A DNA stretch of 63,721 bases, filler included, from Reticulomyxa filosa (GCA_000512085.1; 26 parts of 26 records of this genome joined end to end with filler, not necessarily neighbours in it); one strand, 5' to 3'; numbered from the whole stretch's first letter, positions 1-12,000 are shown. The notes: generated by a model from the letters alone, not told the origin. Program-made: numbers and translations.

Positions 1-4
1 GGGG

Positions 5-583
5 TCAATGAAACGGTTTGAACTTAAAAGTCCCATCTCCTCCAACCACAATGAAAGTATCAATGTTCATTTCCTTGTTGATTTTGTCTTGATTGGAAAT
101 CAGATATTCGATCATCGACAGTGTTGCAGTGCTTTCCCAACAAGATACCGTGTGGCCGTACGACTTGATCAAAGGTACAATCACATTGGAAATAATGCGC
201 TTGCTGGCCCCTTTGCCACTTATCGGGTTGTATAACACCAAAATGCTTGACACCTTGTGTTTCTTTGCGCCTTTGGCACTCGGCTGCGTGCTTGCTTTTT
301 CCGTTTCTGTCGTCTGTGTCTCCTCGCTTTTGCTTTCGCCCACAAACCCGCTTTGCGTGTCTTGGGGCATTCGGCTCAATGACAACAGTCTCAAACAACC
401 CGATTGAGAATAGTCGTTGTGCTCAATGTTTTGCGTTGGAATGCCCTGAGCCATAAACACTCCCTTTTCATGCTTTTTTTGCGGGGTCCATTGGTAAGTT
501 GTTTTATCATCTGACTCTGTCGGTTGTGAATCGACTGACGTTTTCTCTTCTGTCTTTTCCTCTGGGGATTGCAATGACGACAT
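5..583 (-). CDS. Sphingosine/diacylglycerol kinase family protein, 5' part (runs off window)
   Basis: DAGKc motifs VLYNPISGKG and IVVGGDGTF after a low-complexity N-terminus. Probably spliced just after GGDGTF. Confidence 0.85.
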   Translation of the reverse strand: MSSLQSPEEKTEEKTSVDSQPTESDDKTTYQWTPQKKHEKGVFMAQGIPTQNIEHNDYSQSGCLRLLSLSRMPQDTQSGFVGESKSEETQTTETEKASTQPSAKGAKKHKVSSILVLYNPISGKGASKRIISNVIVPLIKSYGHTVSCWESTATLSMIEYLISNQDKINKEMNIDTFIVVGGDGTFKFKPFH

Positions 584-1055
584 TTTTTAGTCAATTGGTA
601 TATAATCACGAAGAAAATTATGGATTGAAAAAAATATTTTATTCAATGTATCCCCCTTTTTACGTGTAAAAAAAATTGGTTTGCTTACAATTTCTTTTTA
701 AATATAGTTGTTGTACTTGCTTTGACTAAAAAATAAAATGTGAAAGGACTGATATGATGCCAGATGAAATATGTTAAAATTAAGAGACTATCTAACAAAA
801 AGAGAGGTCTATTTACCATCCTTTTCTCCTCTCTCACTATAATGAGTAAGTTGAGCGTTTTAAGTTTGTTTAAAATGTTTGCATAACACAAAAATAACAT
901 ACACTTTCGATAATTTCTAGGAACGTTTGTTGCAAGCTCTTTTTGAAAATTTTATATTTTTGATGCAATCCACTCCAAAAAAAGAGTCTCAAAATGTTAG
1001 TGGTAGAGTGTGTTGGCAAAAAAAAAGGGTCCTCTTCCTCCTCCTCGCTCCAAAG

Positions 1056-1749
1056 TTAGTTTAAGAGTTGATAGAACAACATGTATGCTTCAGAAGACAG
1101 TACATCTCTCAAAGTGCATGATACAGCCAGTTCATCGGACACATGCACCCACCCGCTATTGGGATCGGAGTTATTGGTGGCCCTGCGATAGACCGTGTAA
1201 TGGCCGCTGTTCACACCGCCGTGGTGCACAATGACAGCAGTCAAATAGTACTTCAATTGGATGCGTTTATGGAGCCCGGAAAAGGGATTTTCGGGGATGT
1301 AAAGATATTCTTTGAACTGGATAAAGCGTCGATTTTTAGCAATGCCGCCACCTCCGTCCATGTCTCCAAACACGTCGATACGATTGACATGCATGACGAA
1401 TATATTGGGATAGCGCACGATCGTTTGCTGCTTCACAGCATCGCTTTGATGTGTTTGGCACTTGTAATCGCTTATCAATTCCTCGGCCATAAAGTCGTTC
1501 AACAAGTCGGTGATGCTGTGTGTCTCTTTCATTCGCAGTTTCTTTTGCGCAATCACCGACAGCGTAATATGGTTCATTTCGCTTATTCGACTATGCGTCG
1601 ATTTACATTGCGTACACGTTATTGTTGTATTGATCCACCCTTTCAATGGACACTCAAGCTTTGATTGACACTTCCTTCTCTCTTTCTCCTCATCCTCCTT
1701 TTTATTCGTCCATTTTTCTTCCATTGTTTTAGTCTCTTCCAATACTAAA

Positions 1750-1788
<39 letters not shown>

Positions 1789-2419
1789 AAAGTTCGATTG
1801 CGAATACTCGCATCTGTCATCGCGTTAGCACTATCTTTTTTACTGTCATGATTTTGTCGTCTTATTGCATGCAATGAATGGTGATGGTTTATCGAGCTTG
1901 TCATATCGGATAATAATAGCTTCCACACGTTTTGTGCCTGGTGCTGCTCTTTTGCGTAACTCTCTTCGTACGATAATAACTCAAGTATTTTGTTGAATGC
2001 TTCGTGAGCATCATTTTGCTCATACATTTGCAATGATGAACTGTGCCGTGTCAAGTACCCAATCAACTGTCGTGGACTTATCACTTTGTCCGTGTTGTCC
2101 ATTATCTGTTTAAATAATATTGCCACGGACGTCTTTGTTGGATCCAAAAAACTCCTTTGCACTGATACTAATTCTACAATATATTGCACAAATAAGGAAT
2201 TTGCTATTAGTGCTTGGATCACCACGTTACAATAGCCTTTTTTTTTTCAAAATGTTCGTGGAGGAATTGTTTACAAGGGGGAACCACGCAAAACACTAAA
2301 ACATAGAAAAAGTAGAAATTACAGGAATTTCCGATGTTCGTCAAGCCTTTAACCCTCTCCCGCTTGGAAGAATCGTCATCTGACGAAAACAAACTCATAA
2401 GACTTGATATATAGTCCAT
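1056..2419 (-). CDS. Ubiquitin carboxyl-terminal hydrolase (USP, peptidase C19), 2 exons
   Basis: Removing GT-AG intron 2322..2237 restores the Cys box GLTNIGNSCYCNVVIQAL. Also QNDAHE box, His box HHGGVNSGHY, WVHVSD and AYMLFY. Confidence 0.93.
1749..1787. repeat. (GAT)n microsatellite encoding poly-Ser in the USP; similar AAT/TTG tracts at about 3734-3790, 23620-23705, 35295-35400, 41170-41231, 41845-41910, 61175-61208, 62578-62616
   Basis: Directly visible simple repeats. Confidence 0.9.
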
Positions 2420-2842
2420 GTGTTCTCATGTGGTGATTCGCAAAAAAAAAAAAAAATTATCTATTAATCTGAAGATGCTAAAAAAATTCTTTTTCCAGAC
2501 AAATATCTACAAAGTGTAGCAGCTCCTTTTCACCATTTTTTTTTGGTGATGCGATGCGCAAGCTGCACTAAAACTTGTTAATCAAATTGTCCGCCTTATC
2601 CTGAACAAGATATAGAGCGCATATAAAACAAAAGAAAAATAAATTCAAATGTTCAATATACTCAAACAATAATGTTCATTTTTCGTTACTAAAATTAGTG
2701 ATTCATTTTAAACAGATATTATTTTTTGCAGTCGGTCGTAATTTTTTAGCTTATTTTATTAATTGTAACAATTTTTTTAAGGACATACGTACTGGAAAGG
2801 GTTCTTTTTTGCGGCCGAATGCAAAAATTTCAATATGACAAG

Positions 2843-3285
2843 AGCACAAGTTTTTATGTACTCTTTAAGCAGTCTTTCAAAAACGAAACTAGTGTAGTAG
2901 AAGCTCCTACTATATAGACAGAATCGTTAAAGGGGCTGATGAGCTCTCGGTGGGTTAAACTTTTACTAACACTTTTCACTAACCAGTGTTTTCTTTTCGT
3001 TTTAATCTGGTGTTTCGGTGTACTCATTTACACAAATTTGTTTTCTTTTTCTTTATTTAATCTTTTTCGTTGATACTTGCTCAAAAGAGCTAATTAACCT
3101 TTCGTATTACATTTATTTCATCGGCAACATACTCCCACACTAGTTTAAATAAAAGAAGAATATAAAACAACAACGACAATAACAAGAGAATAAGAGAAGT
3201 TGGAAGAAAAGGTAAGTTGTTGTAAAAAAAGGGTTTCCTAGGTTACGCAAGAACTTCCCTTTACACTGTTAGGCCCTGCCCTACA
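2843..3285 (-). mobile_element. Older, eroded related LTR interrupted by the 2893-3139 LTR
   Basis: 3144-3285 aligns by eye to the 11777-11998 LTR (aacaacg.caat.acaaga...gttgttg...aaaaaagggtt.cct...tgc.ctaca). Similarity resumes left of the CTAG TSD (tttcaaaaa, agcacaagt). Left boundary not resolved. Confidence 0.6.
2893..3139 (+). mobile_element. Solo LTR (247 bp) of an LTR retrotransposon
   Basis: Starts TGTAGTAG and ends CTCCCACA (TG...CA, imperfect terminal IR). 4-bp TSD CTAG at 2889-2892 and 3140-3143. TATATA at 2911. Family motif TTTCGTATTACATTTA near 3100. Strand assignment tentative. Confidence 0.8.
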
Positions 3286-3633
3286 ACTTCAACAAGCTTT
3301 GTTCAACTCTTGCTTTTCTAATGCCTGAAGAAATTGTGTTGAATTAAATTAAGCCAGAGATTATAGTAATACTTACTACGCCGTAACATAGTCGTACTAG
3401 CTCAATATTTTCTTCTTTTAATTTATTTTAATTATATTTCATATTTCGAAAGCACAATTTACTTTTCTTCCAAATCGTATAAAAAATGCACAACGGCCAG
3501 AATTTGCGTGCAATACTAATTTATCTTCTGCAAATTTGTGACATTTATCTTGTTTGTTGCTAACGAGCCTTGAAAACACTGTGGATATATATAAAAGATA
3601 AAAAGTATTTTCTAGTGCAATTTTTTGTGGAGA

Positions 3634-3733
3634 NNNNNNNNNNNNNNNNNNNNNNNNNNNNNNNNNNNNNNNNNNNNTTAATTAATTAANNNNNNNNNNN
3701 NNNNNNNNNNNNNNNNNNNNNNNNNNNNNNNNN
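3634..3733. other. Artificial contig-joining linker (first of 25)
   Basis: 44 N + TTAATTAATTAA (stops in all six frames) + 44 N. Repeated at approx. 7322, 12898, 15198, 16742, 19126, 20393, 21681, 22922, 24439, 25734, 28100, 29671, 30851, 33932, 37644, 40121, 42330, 45522, 46696, 47796, 49701, 50871, 61209, 62478. Confidence 0.98.
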
Positions 3734-4047
3734 TTATTATTATTATTATTATTATTGCTGTGATTATTATTATTATTATTGCTGTTACTATTATTGACGT
3801 CAGTTGATATCTCAATTTCCTTTGGCTTTTCTTTGTCTATTTCTGATTTTGATTCTTCTTTTATTGTTGTTGTCGTCATTTCTGATGATTTCTCTGTCTC
3901 TGTTCTGGTGTCTTTGCCTTTTTTTTTTTGAACGTATACACAATTTTCCAAAAAAAAAAAAAAATTTTTTTTTTTGGCAAGATTGCCTGTCAAGAGAAAA
4001 ATACAAATAAAAATAAGAACTGTCAGGATTTTCATTAGATTTGTCAT
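3734..4047 (-). CDS. Putative secreted/membrane protein, 5' fragment
   Basis: MTNLMKILTVLIFICIFLLTG signal-peptide-like start, probable intron, then a charged/poly-Asn tract truncated by the contig end. Confidence 0.45.
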
Positions 4048-5081
4048 CCTATTTGCACAAAAAACCTACAAAATGAGCCCCTTTGACATACACAACTTCT
4101 TTTTTAGACACTGGAAAAAAAGAACCAACCTTTAAAACACCTCCATCTTCGGAAACAGACATCTGCTAATTATCGCTTTTGAAATAAAATAGGGTCTTTA
4201 AAGCCAATCCTTTGAAAATGCCTGCCCCCTTCCTCGTTGGTTGTACTCTTTTGTAACTTACAAAAAAAAGCAGCTCTATTTTTTCACCCATAAACAAGCT
4301 TCACTTGCAACATGAAGCAAAACTTATTGTCAAAAGTTTAAATTTTATTTTTTTGACTAATATTTAAAATTGATATAGGCTAAAAACCGAGCAACAGTCT
4401 TATGATTAATAAAAATATCTTTCATATAAATTTTTCAAATATGAATTCTTATTTTGTTTGTATTTGAAACTCGCTTTCAATGCAAACATATAAGAGAATA
4501 ATAAACGTGTAATAACAGTGCAGGTAGTTTAAAATATAATGTACATACTTGTTCAATAAAAAATTGTAAAAATATGTTATCAAATTATGATATATTTCTT
4601 TCTTATGTCATAAGAAAGCTGAAACAACAACTGTGATATGCTTTATAATTTTTATGAGAATGCACTGACCATTTTTTCTTAATACCGTTCTGTGAACAAT
4701 CTTATATAACTTTAGTAATAAGATGCAATCAACAAGGACTTATTTATGAGATTATGGATTACAATGCATTTCCTTTTGTTGTAAAATTTAGGACAGTCTT
4801 CTGACACTGACCAAAAACTCTTCCAGAAGTATTTTTTTATGTAAATGGGCCAGTTAACACGACAAAAAAAAACTTTTACCTATTGCATCATTGGAAAACG
4901 GTTTTGGCAAAAATGCTTTGTTTAAAAAAAAAATGCTACTTTCTCTGGGGGATAAACTTCGTGAATATTGAGAGCGATAATATAATGTTTGCTTACTAGA
5001 GAGAGGCCGAACATCAAAAAAAAAAGGCTCACGTTTTGCCCATTAAAAAAACAAAAAATTTATTTTCTAAAAAAACTCGCG

Positions 5082-6150
5082 TCAAACAGCCGGACACTTT
5101 ACATGCAAAGCTGTGTAGTCCTTGTAATTATCTAAGTGGAATTTTTTGACGTGTCTTGTCAAGTTGCTTTTGGTGGTAAACTGGTCATCACAAAAGTGAC
5201 AGTCAAATGAACTTCGTTTGGTCAGGTGGGTTTGCATATGTTGGATTAACCCGGCTTTTCTGAACAAGACAACAACACACAGCAAGGCACAACAAAATGA
5301 TCAAAAAAAGGTCAAACTTTTTTTTTTTTTTTGGTCAAGGGCCTCCCCTCCTCCCCCTTTTCTAATCACCAAATGCAAAAAAAAAAAAAAAAAACGTTGG
5401 GTACACATCATAACACATTTTACCGCCCAAATTTTTTGGGTACAATCGGTACACGCAAAGGGTTTAAGACCGTAATGACAAGTGTTGACATGCTTATGTA
5501 AGGCACCGGAGCTGGCAAAGGACTGTTGACAGTACTGGCACGCCACCCGTTGCATGGATTTGGTGGATGGGGTTGTCTGCAACGTTTTGTTGACGCGAAG
5601 TTGGTTTGAATGAGTTCGATAGTGTTGCTGCATGTCCCACCTGGTCCCAAAGCGCTTCGGGCAGTTGACGGACAAACAGGGAAAGGGTTTGATGTGAGTT
5701 TTTTCGATATGACGCGTGAGTCGATTCTCACGACTAAATCTTTTTTTGCAATAGTGACATACTGTCTTCTTCTCTTTGGCCCTTACCCTCTTCTTCATCA
5801 TCATCTTCTCCATTGATGGTTGACAGCTCTTCCGATGAAAGAAATAATCGCGTTTGGTCAAAAAGAGCGACCAACAGAGCTTGCATGACGCAGCTATTTT
5901 TTATTTTTTATTTTTTACAAAAATTATTGTTATTATTCTTTTTTACTATTTCGGACTCCCTTTTTTTTTTTTTTTAAAGAAATTTCGGGAAACATTTTTT
6001 TAGAAAAAAAAAAAAAAAAAGAAGCAGAGAAAGTATATACACAAAAAACTCATACAAACTTACGAGCAAATAGACAAATTCTTTTGTGCAAAGATATCCA
6101 TTTTGGACATTTTGGTAGCTGTAGATTGCAACCTGGGCATTCTATGATCC
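5082..6150 (-). CDS. Multi-C2H2/C2HC zinc-finger protein, spliced
   Basis: Fingers CHYC..HIEKTH, CLSVNC..HYRTH, CQYC..HVNTCH, CTDC..HMQTH (across an intron) and CHFC..HVKKFH. Upstream CKLC..HRKSC and CPGC..HKRIC. One-base frameshift in an A-run near 5435. 5' end uncertain. Confidence 0.85.
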
Positions 6151-6751
6151 TTTGGTCACAGTTAAAAGTTTTTTGTAACGGATGTGATTGAATGTGTGAA
6201 TATGTCGCTTCTTTGTCGTGTTGACTTGAAATAACGAAAGTTAGTTCCTATTTTGCCTTTTATGGCACAAGGCCTAACGAGAATTAATTCGGAAATTTAA
6301 AAAATTAAAACGGAAGATCAATATTTACTCGAAAAGAACTTTTTAAGCGCAACGTAGCTAACCTTTCCAAGTCGTCCCCTTTCGACCCAAGTAAAAATAA
6401 AAAATCTTTTGTGCCGGTTTAAAAATACTTTTCACAATTTTTATTTACGTTTGAGAAAAATCATGTTTACTGGTACAGAAATGTGTATCAAATATTTAAA
6501 AGTTTTGATAAATACAAGCGCCGTAAACTTATTCTAAGTGAACTGTGTTTGTTTTTTACAACAATGAGCCACGTCCACCAAGGCAAAGATTTTGCTATGT
6601 TCAATGATTTTGAAGTATCAAACGTTGAACATTTCCAAGCTCTTGGATCACCAAAACTGAGAGGAAATAATGGCAAAAAAAAAAAACAAACAAACATAAA
6701 GACATAAAAAAAAAAAAAAAATTAAAGGAAAAAATGAAAAGTGTAACGTTT

Positions 6752-7294
6752 CTATTCTTCGTCCAAAGAAACATGTAAAGAATCTAAGTCGCGTTCGTCT
6801 TGTTTGACGACAGTTGACTTCAAGAAATTTTCTTTGCTTCCTTCTTTATGTGCAGTTGCGATTTGCTCTTTGATCCACTCATAGGTCTTGTGCAAGCCGA
6901 CTCGCAAAGGAGTGGAAGGGGTCCATCCCAACACCACTTTTATCAAAGTGTTTTCACTGTTACGACCGCGGACACCCTAGTGTTAATAGTCAAACAAGCA
7001 TATTCCACATTGTGATTATCAGGCGCGAGTGACACCCCCCCCTTTGGTCTCTCGGAGATTGCATGTTGCAAGCATGAAATACAACAACAACAACAACAAC
7101 AAAAGACGACAAGAACATACACATATACATATGTGCATATGTTCTGTCTTCATATGCCTCCTATGTGTTATATTTTTCTCTCGCAATCGCATACCGTTGG
7201 TCCTTCGATATGTGTGATAGGAATAATATTTTGTTTGTTATCAAAGGTCAGAGCAAGTTTTGCCATGTCATTCATGGACACCATTTCATCTGAT
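6752..7294 (-). CDS. GME: GDP-mannose 3,5-epimerase-like SDR, last two exons
   Basis: Removing intron 7194..6977 gives SDEMVSMNDMA...HIEGPTGVRGRNSENTLIKVVLGWTPSTPLRVGLHKTYEWIKEQI, which matches the GME C-terminal signature (GPxGVRGRNSxN). Confidence 0.85.
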
Positions 7295-7422
7295 CTAAAA
7301 ACAAAACAAAACAAAACAAAANNNNNNNNNNNNNNNNNNNNNNNNNNNNNNNNNNNNNNNNNNNNTTAATTAATTAANNNNNNNNNNNNNNNNNNNNNNN
7401 NNNNNNNNNNNNNNNNNNNNNA

Positions 7423-7673
7423 GGTCATTCAGATTCTGTTACTTCTGTCCAATTTTCACCTGATGGTAACAGAATCGTATCTGGTTCAAGTGATGACACC
7501 ATTCGATTGTGGGAAGAACAAATTCAATCTGTAAAAAGTCTTTGTGGAAATGTATTTGGCAAGGTGGTGTTCAAAGTACTGGTTTGTCATTGAAGGGCAG
7601 TACTTGGAAAGATGCAAGAGGTGTAACTTTTTTGCAGATGTCAGTTATTGAACAATATGGTGGAACTTTTTGA
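7423..7673 (+). pseudogene. 3' end of a paralog of the NACHT-WD40 gene at 52969-58770 (frameshifted)
   Basis: WD40 repeat [20 protein letters not shown], then in a shifted frame [42 protein letters not shown], homologous to VKCIWQVGVQSYGLSMKDSIWENTLGLTPQQKLLVEQRGGKF*. The frameshift could be a sequencing error. Confidence 0.75.
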
Positions 7674-8927
7674 GTTGCTTTTTTGTATGAAAAATGGTTA
7701 TTTTGAAACTTTTTTTGTTGTGTTGTTTTTTTTTTTACTTGAGTAAGTATTCATTTTTGCTTGTATATTTGATTGAAATGGCCACATTGGCAGGGAAAAC
7801 TTTTCAGTATACATAAGACGAACGACAGCTTTGTTTTTATTTTTATGCTGTTCAATTGGTAATTCTATTACTTTTTAAAACTAAACTACAAACGGTTTTC
7901 TCAAACAAAAAAAATAAAAAATCTTATTTTTTTATGTTTTGGAAATATTTGCTTTCAATTTGATATTTATCAATGTAGACCATAAGCCAGTAAGTAATCA
8001 AAACGAAAGAAATTCTCTAAATATCAAAATAATTCTTTGAATTTACTTTTTTTTTGTGGTGTTGTTATGATTTCCGAATCCATAAGATTGGTGTGCAATA
8101 TTTTTTTTTCTCATTTTATTTTTCGTGATAAATGAAGAAATTGTTAGTGCCAATGTTAGCCATTTAATTCAACAAGTATTGACTCTTTACAAAGTTATTT
8201 TTTTTGAAAATAGAATGTTTATATTTCACGGAAAAAAATTAAAATGTAAAAATGCTTTGTAAAAAAAAATCAAAGATACAATTGCTTGGAGCAAAAAAAA
8301 ATAATTTTCAATGGCAAGTTATTGTAACCCAAAAAATCACTTTAAAAATTAGTGCAGCATATTTTAGGCATTTGTCACTTATCAAAGAAATAAGCAAAAA
8401 AATATTTTATAAAAAAATTAAGTAATTTCTGTCAATTGCCAAGTGAGAAAAGTTTGCTTAGTTTCTTCAATTTTAGTTGTGTAAAGTGATATAGCGGAAT
8501 CCATGTGTTGTTCCGATTAAACAGGTAAGCATAATGATAATCGTTCAAATTCATAAAGTTGGTTTTTGGTTCACAGTATGATAATTGATATATTTTCTTT
8601 AATAAATTGTAGCAAAAATACTTTAAAAAATATGAAAAGAAAAAGTAAAATATATCTCCTAAAAAAGTGTAATTATTAAAAAATCTAATTTGATATAGAA
8701 TTTGCCAGAAATTCCTTTCACCCTTTTCAAAATTAAAACTCGTACAAATGCATTAAAACAAAACAAAGTAAAATTGCAAGACAACATAATTAAGACGTTT
8801 CGATGATTTGTCATCGACAATAAAATTATACTGAACTTGAATCCGAAAACAAAAAAGTGCTTTTCTAATTCCTAATCAAATTAGGGGTATCAATTCTATT
8901 CAGTTTGATTATCATTTACTACAGTAG

Positions 8928-9043
8928 GTTGCAAAGAAAACTGAACGCCTAAAACGATATCCTATGATGATAATTGATTTTTCATGGAGAAAATCAATTA
9001 TCATCATATGATATCTTTTTAGGCGTTCAGTTTTCTTTGCAAC
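8928..9043. repeat. 116-bp near-perfect palindrome (about 54-bp arms, 2 mismatches, about 8-nt loop)
   Basis: GTTGCAAAGAAAACTGAACGCCTAAAA...GATAATTGATTTT followed by its reverse complement ending ...GGCGTTCAGTTTTCTTTGCAAC. Confidence 0.95.
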
Positions 9044-12000
9044 ATTCCAGAAAAGACATCAATCATCCAATATCGGCAGAAAAATTGTTTTATATAGTAT
9101 ATTGTATACTGACATGCTTAGTCGTATGACTTTATATAAACATAAGATTGTTAGAAATTATATGTACGAGTAGCTTTCAATATGTATTGCAAGTGTTGTT
9201 CATATTTAAGGTCCGAGTCTATGATTAGTAACAATCACTTGTCTTTCTTCTTTAATAGGCATACAGTCTAATTCTACCTTCAGAAAAGGGATTTTCTTTT
9301 GTTTTTTGATCGAAAGGTTGTACATTGTGATTTTTCCTGATCTAGTAGCATTTTCCACTTGCTTCACCATGAGTTCATTTCATCAAAACTGATTTGAAGT
9401 ATTTCCAATTGCTGATCCATTTCTTTGGTATCAGATTTGTATACAGACTTACATATTGCTACGTCGTCTGCGAACACACCACATTGAATTGGATCTTGTA
9501 TTTGTTCTGTCAAATCGTTGATTTAGAGCAAAAATAGTAATTGTGATAAAGTCGATAATTGGTTCAAACATATTTCAAATTTTTGAAGGCTTGACTTAGG
9601 TCCATTTAGAACAACATGCCAGACTCTATCCATAAGTAAGCTGTCAATCTACTAATATAGCCTTATTTAATATTAAATTGGTTTCTCATTTTAAACATTA
9701 GTCAATATCTATAGACACTATCGTATGCAGCTGATATATCTAACATAAGAGCATATGTTACTGCATTTTGTCAATAAGTGCATGTATTGTATCTGATTTA
9801 TTGTACCAGTATTGAAACCCTGACTGACTGTAATGAACTAACTGATGTTCATTCGGATACCACATTATTATCATTGTCACTATTCGGTCCATTAATTTTC
9901 CCATGATATAGTTATATAATTTTGCATGTAGTGTGATCATTTCTAGTTTTGGAATGACGACAATATTTGCAATTTTCAAACTGTTAGGAACATGTCATAT
10001 ATGACATCTCCAATTAAATAACAGTACTAATTATTCAATAATTGCATGACATTCATTTTTCAGCGATATATTGTGGACATTGTCTGCATCTTGCGCTTGT
10101 ATGATGATATTCTTCTTATTGAATCGATAACTCCATTATCTTTAATTTAAACTTGGTGACGTTCCAAAGTAAATATTTCACTTTTAATTTCTGTTTCTTT
10201 CTCCATTTCTATTGCAAAGATATTAAATCTTCAACAAAATGATAGAGTTATTCATTTAATAATTCCAGTGGCTGCAGATGCTTTGCAAACCATCTGTCAA
10301 GCAACTATGCTTTTTCAGCATATGTTCGTGCTATTGTTTCTGGTTTGTCGTCTGTTGCTAGACAGACGAATGAATGATCGAAATTTTATTAGTGTGTAAT
10401 GCTATAATTGTGTGAATAGCTTATTAGTATTTCCTTCATGGAGTTGTTCGATAATTCTGCTAATGTATTATTGTTTTTTTTGTTTAATTTTTGTTGATTA
10501 TACCAGCTGCTTCATTATATCTTTTGTAATTAGGTTTTGTTTTGTATTTTCTGAATAACCTTTTTAGTTTGTGCAATTTTTTCCTTTGTCTATTCAATAT
10601 TTTAGTCGATATAGTATTCTTTGCTAATTGAATAACACAGTTTGTCTATCTTTTCACTGCAATATCTAATACTATATTGTTCTGTTAATTATTAGAAGAG
10701 TTGCAGTCCAAATTTTTATGCTTGCCTCCAGATATGAATTCCAATTTTCACTATGTATATTCAATGTTTCTATTTTTATTCGATATGTTATAAATTTCAT
10801 CGCTATATTAAAAGTGATTAGAAGGTAGTCTGAATGTAATTATAATTCGTCTTGGTCTGTTCTCCAGTTATTGCAGCAGTTGATAAGTGATGAAGTGCAT
10901 ATTGTTATGTTAATACTTGATGATGCACTATCTTTGAAAAAAGTGAAATCAAATGTATAAGTATTTAAGATTTGGAGCTTATTTAAAACAATAAAATCCA
11001 ATATACTTTATACAATAGTCTGTTTTCTGGTCCAACTATGCTGATGGTATGCGTTCCAATATCCTCCAATTACGATGTTTTTTGTTACTGTTGCTAATTG
11101 GAATTCGTCCGACCTGACATTTTCATTTTGTTTTTCGCTAAGTGAGTGGTAAACTTTTGTACATAACAATATTGGCTTATTCTGCACTGGGCATTTCACT
11201 TGCATCTAGCAGGATTCATACACAAAACTTTGTAATTTGTTCGGATTGTTAGTAAATATTTTTGCGTTGGATTCAGGTCAAAGTATTACTGTTCTTCCTG
11301 ATTCAATCCAATATTCAGTACAGATGCTGTAAGTATTGCTATGTAGTTTTCTTTGCTGAACGAAAACACCCTTGTGAACTTTGTGTTGCATGATTGTTAT
11401 GAATTATTATTGTTTCAACAAGTTTAGTCAGATTATTGGCTGTCTCTTGCAAAAAAGACATTTGTACTCGAAGATCTGAAATTTCTATATTTTGTTTGTT
11501 ACTGTTTTTCTTTTGTTCATAATATTTGTTTTTTGTATTGGTTCTGTTGCTGTGATGGTATGTCATTTTTTGTGTTTCTGTTTTGTATTGTTATATCTTG
11601 CATTAAAGAAATTTTTTTTATGTTGATTTTTTATAATAATTTTTTAACATCTTTCATTTTTTTCATGTTTTCAAATTTTTGTTGTTTTTTAATTATGGCC
11701 TGTTCACGTGTTGTATATTTGTAACTATTTTGTTGTGTTTTTGGACACATTATAAGTCACTTCGATGTCTTCATTTTGTAGGAAGATTGATGTAGCACCA
11801 AGTGTAATAAGAAAGTAATTGCTGAAAGGTGTTTTCAAAAAGCAAACAAAAAGTTAATAATTCAAGATAAACAACGCAATGACAAGAAATAAGAAAACAG
11901 AAAAGTGAGAGAAGAAAGACAGTGAAGGTTGTTGAGGAAAAAAGGGTTCCCTCGTTCATATTAAGCTTCTACTGTAATTAGTAGGACATTGCACTACAAT

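Noticed and set aside
2886-3146. MITE with 10-bp terminal inverted repeats AAACTAGTGT
   Set aside because: The apparent TIR comes from the palindromic CTAG TSD plus TG...CA ends. The related copy at 11777 has a different TSD (ATTT), which fits an LTR.
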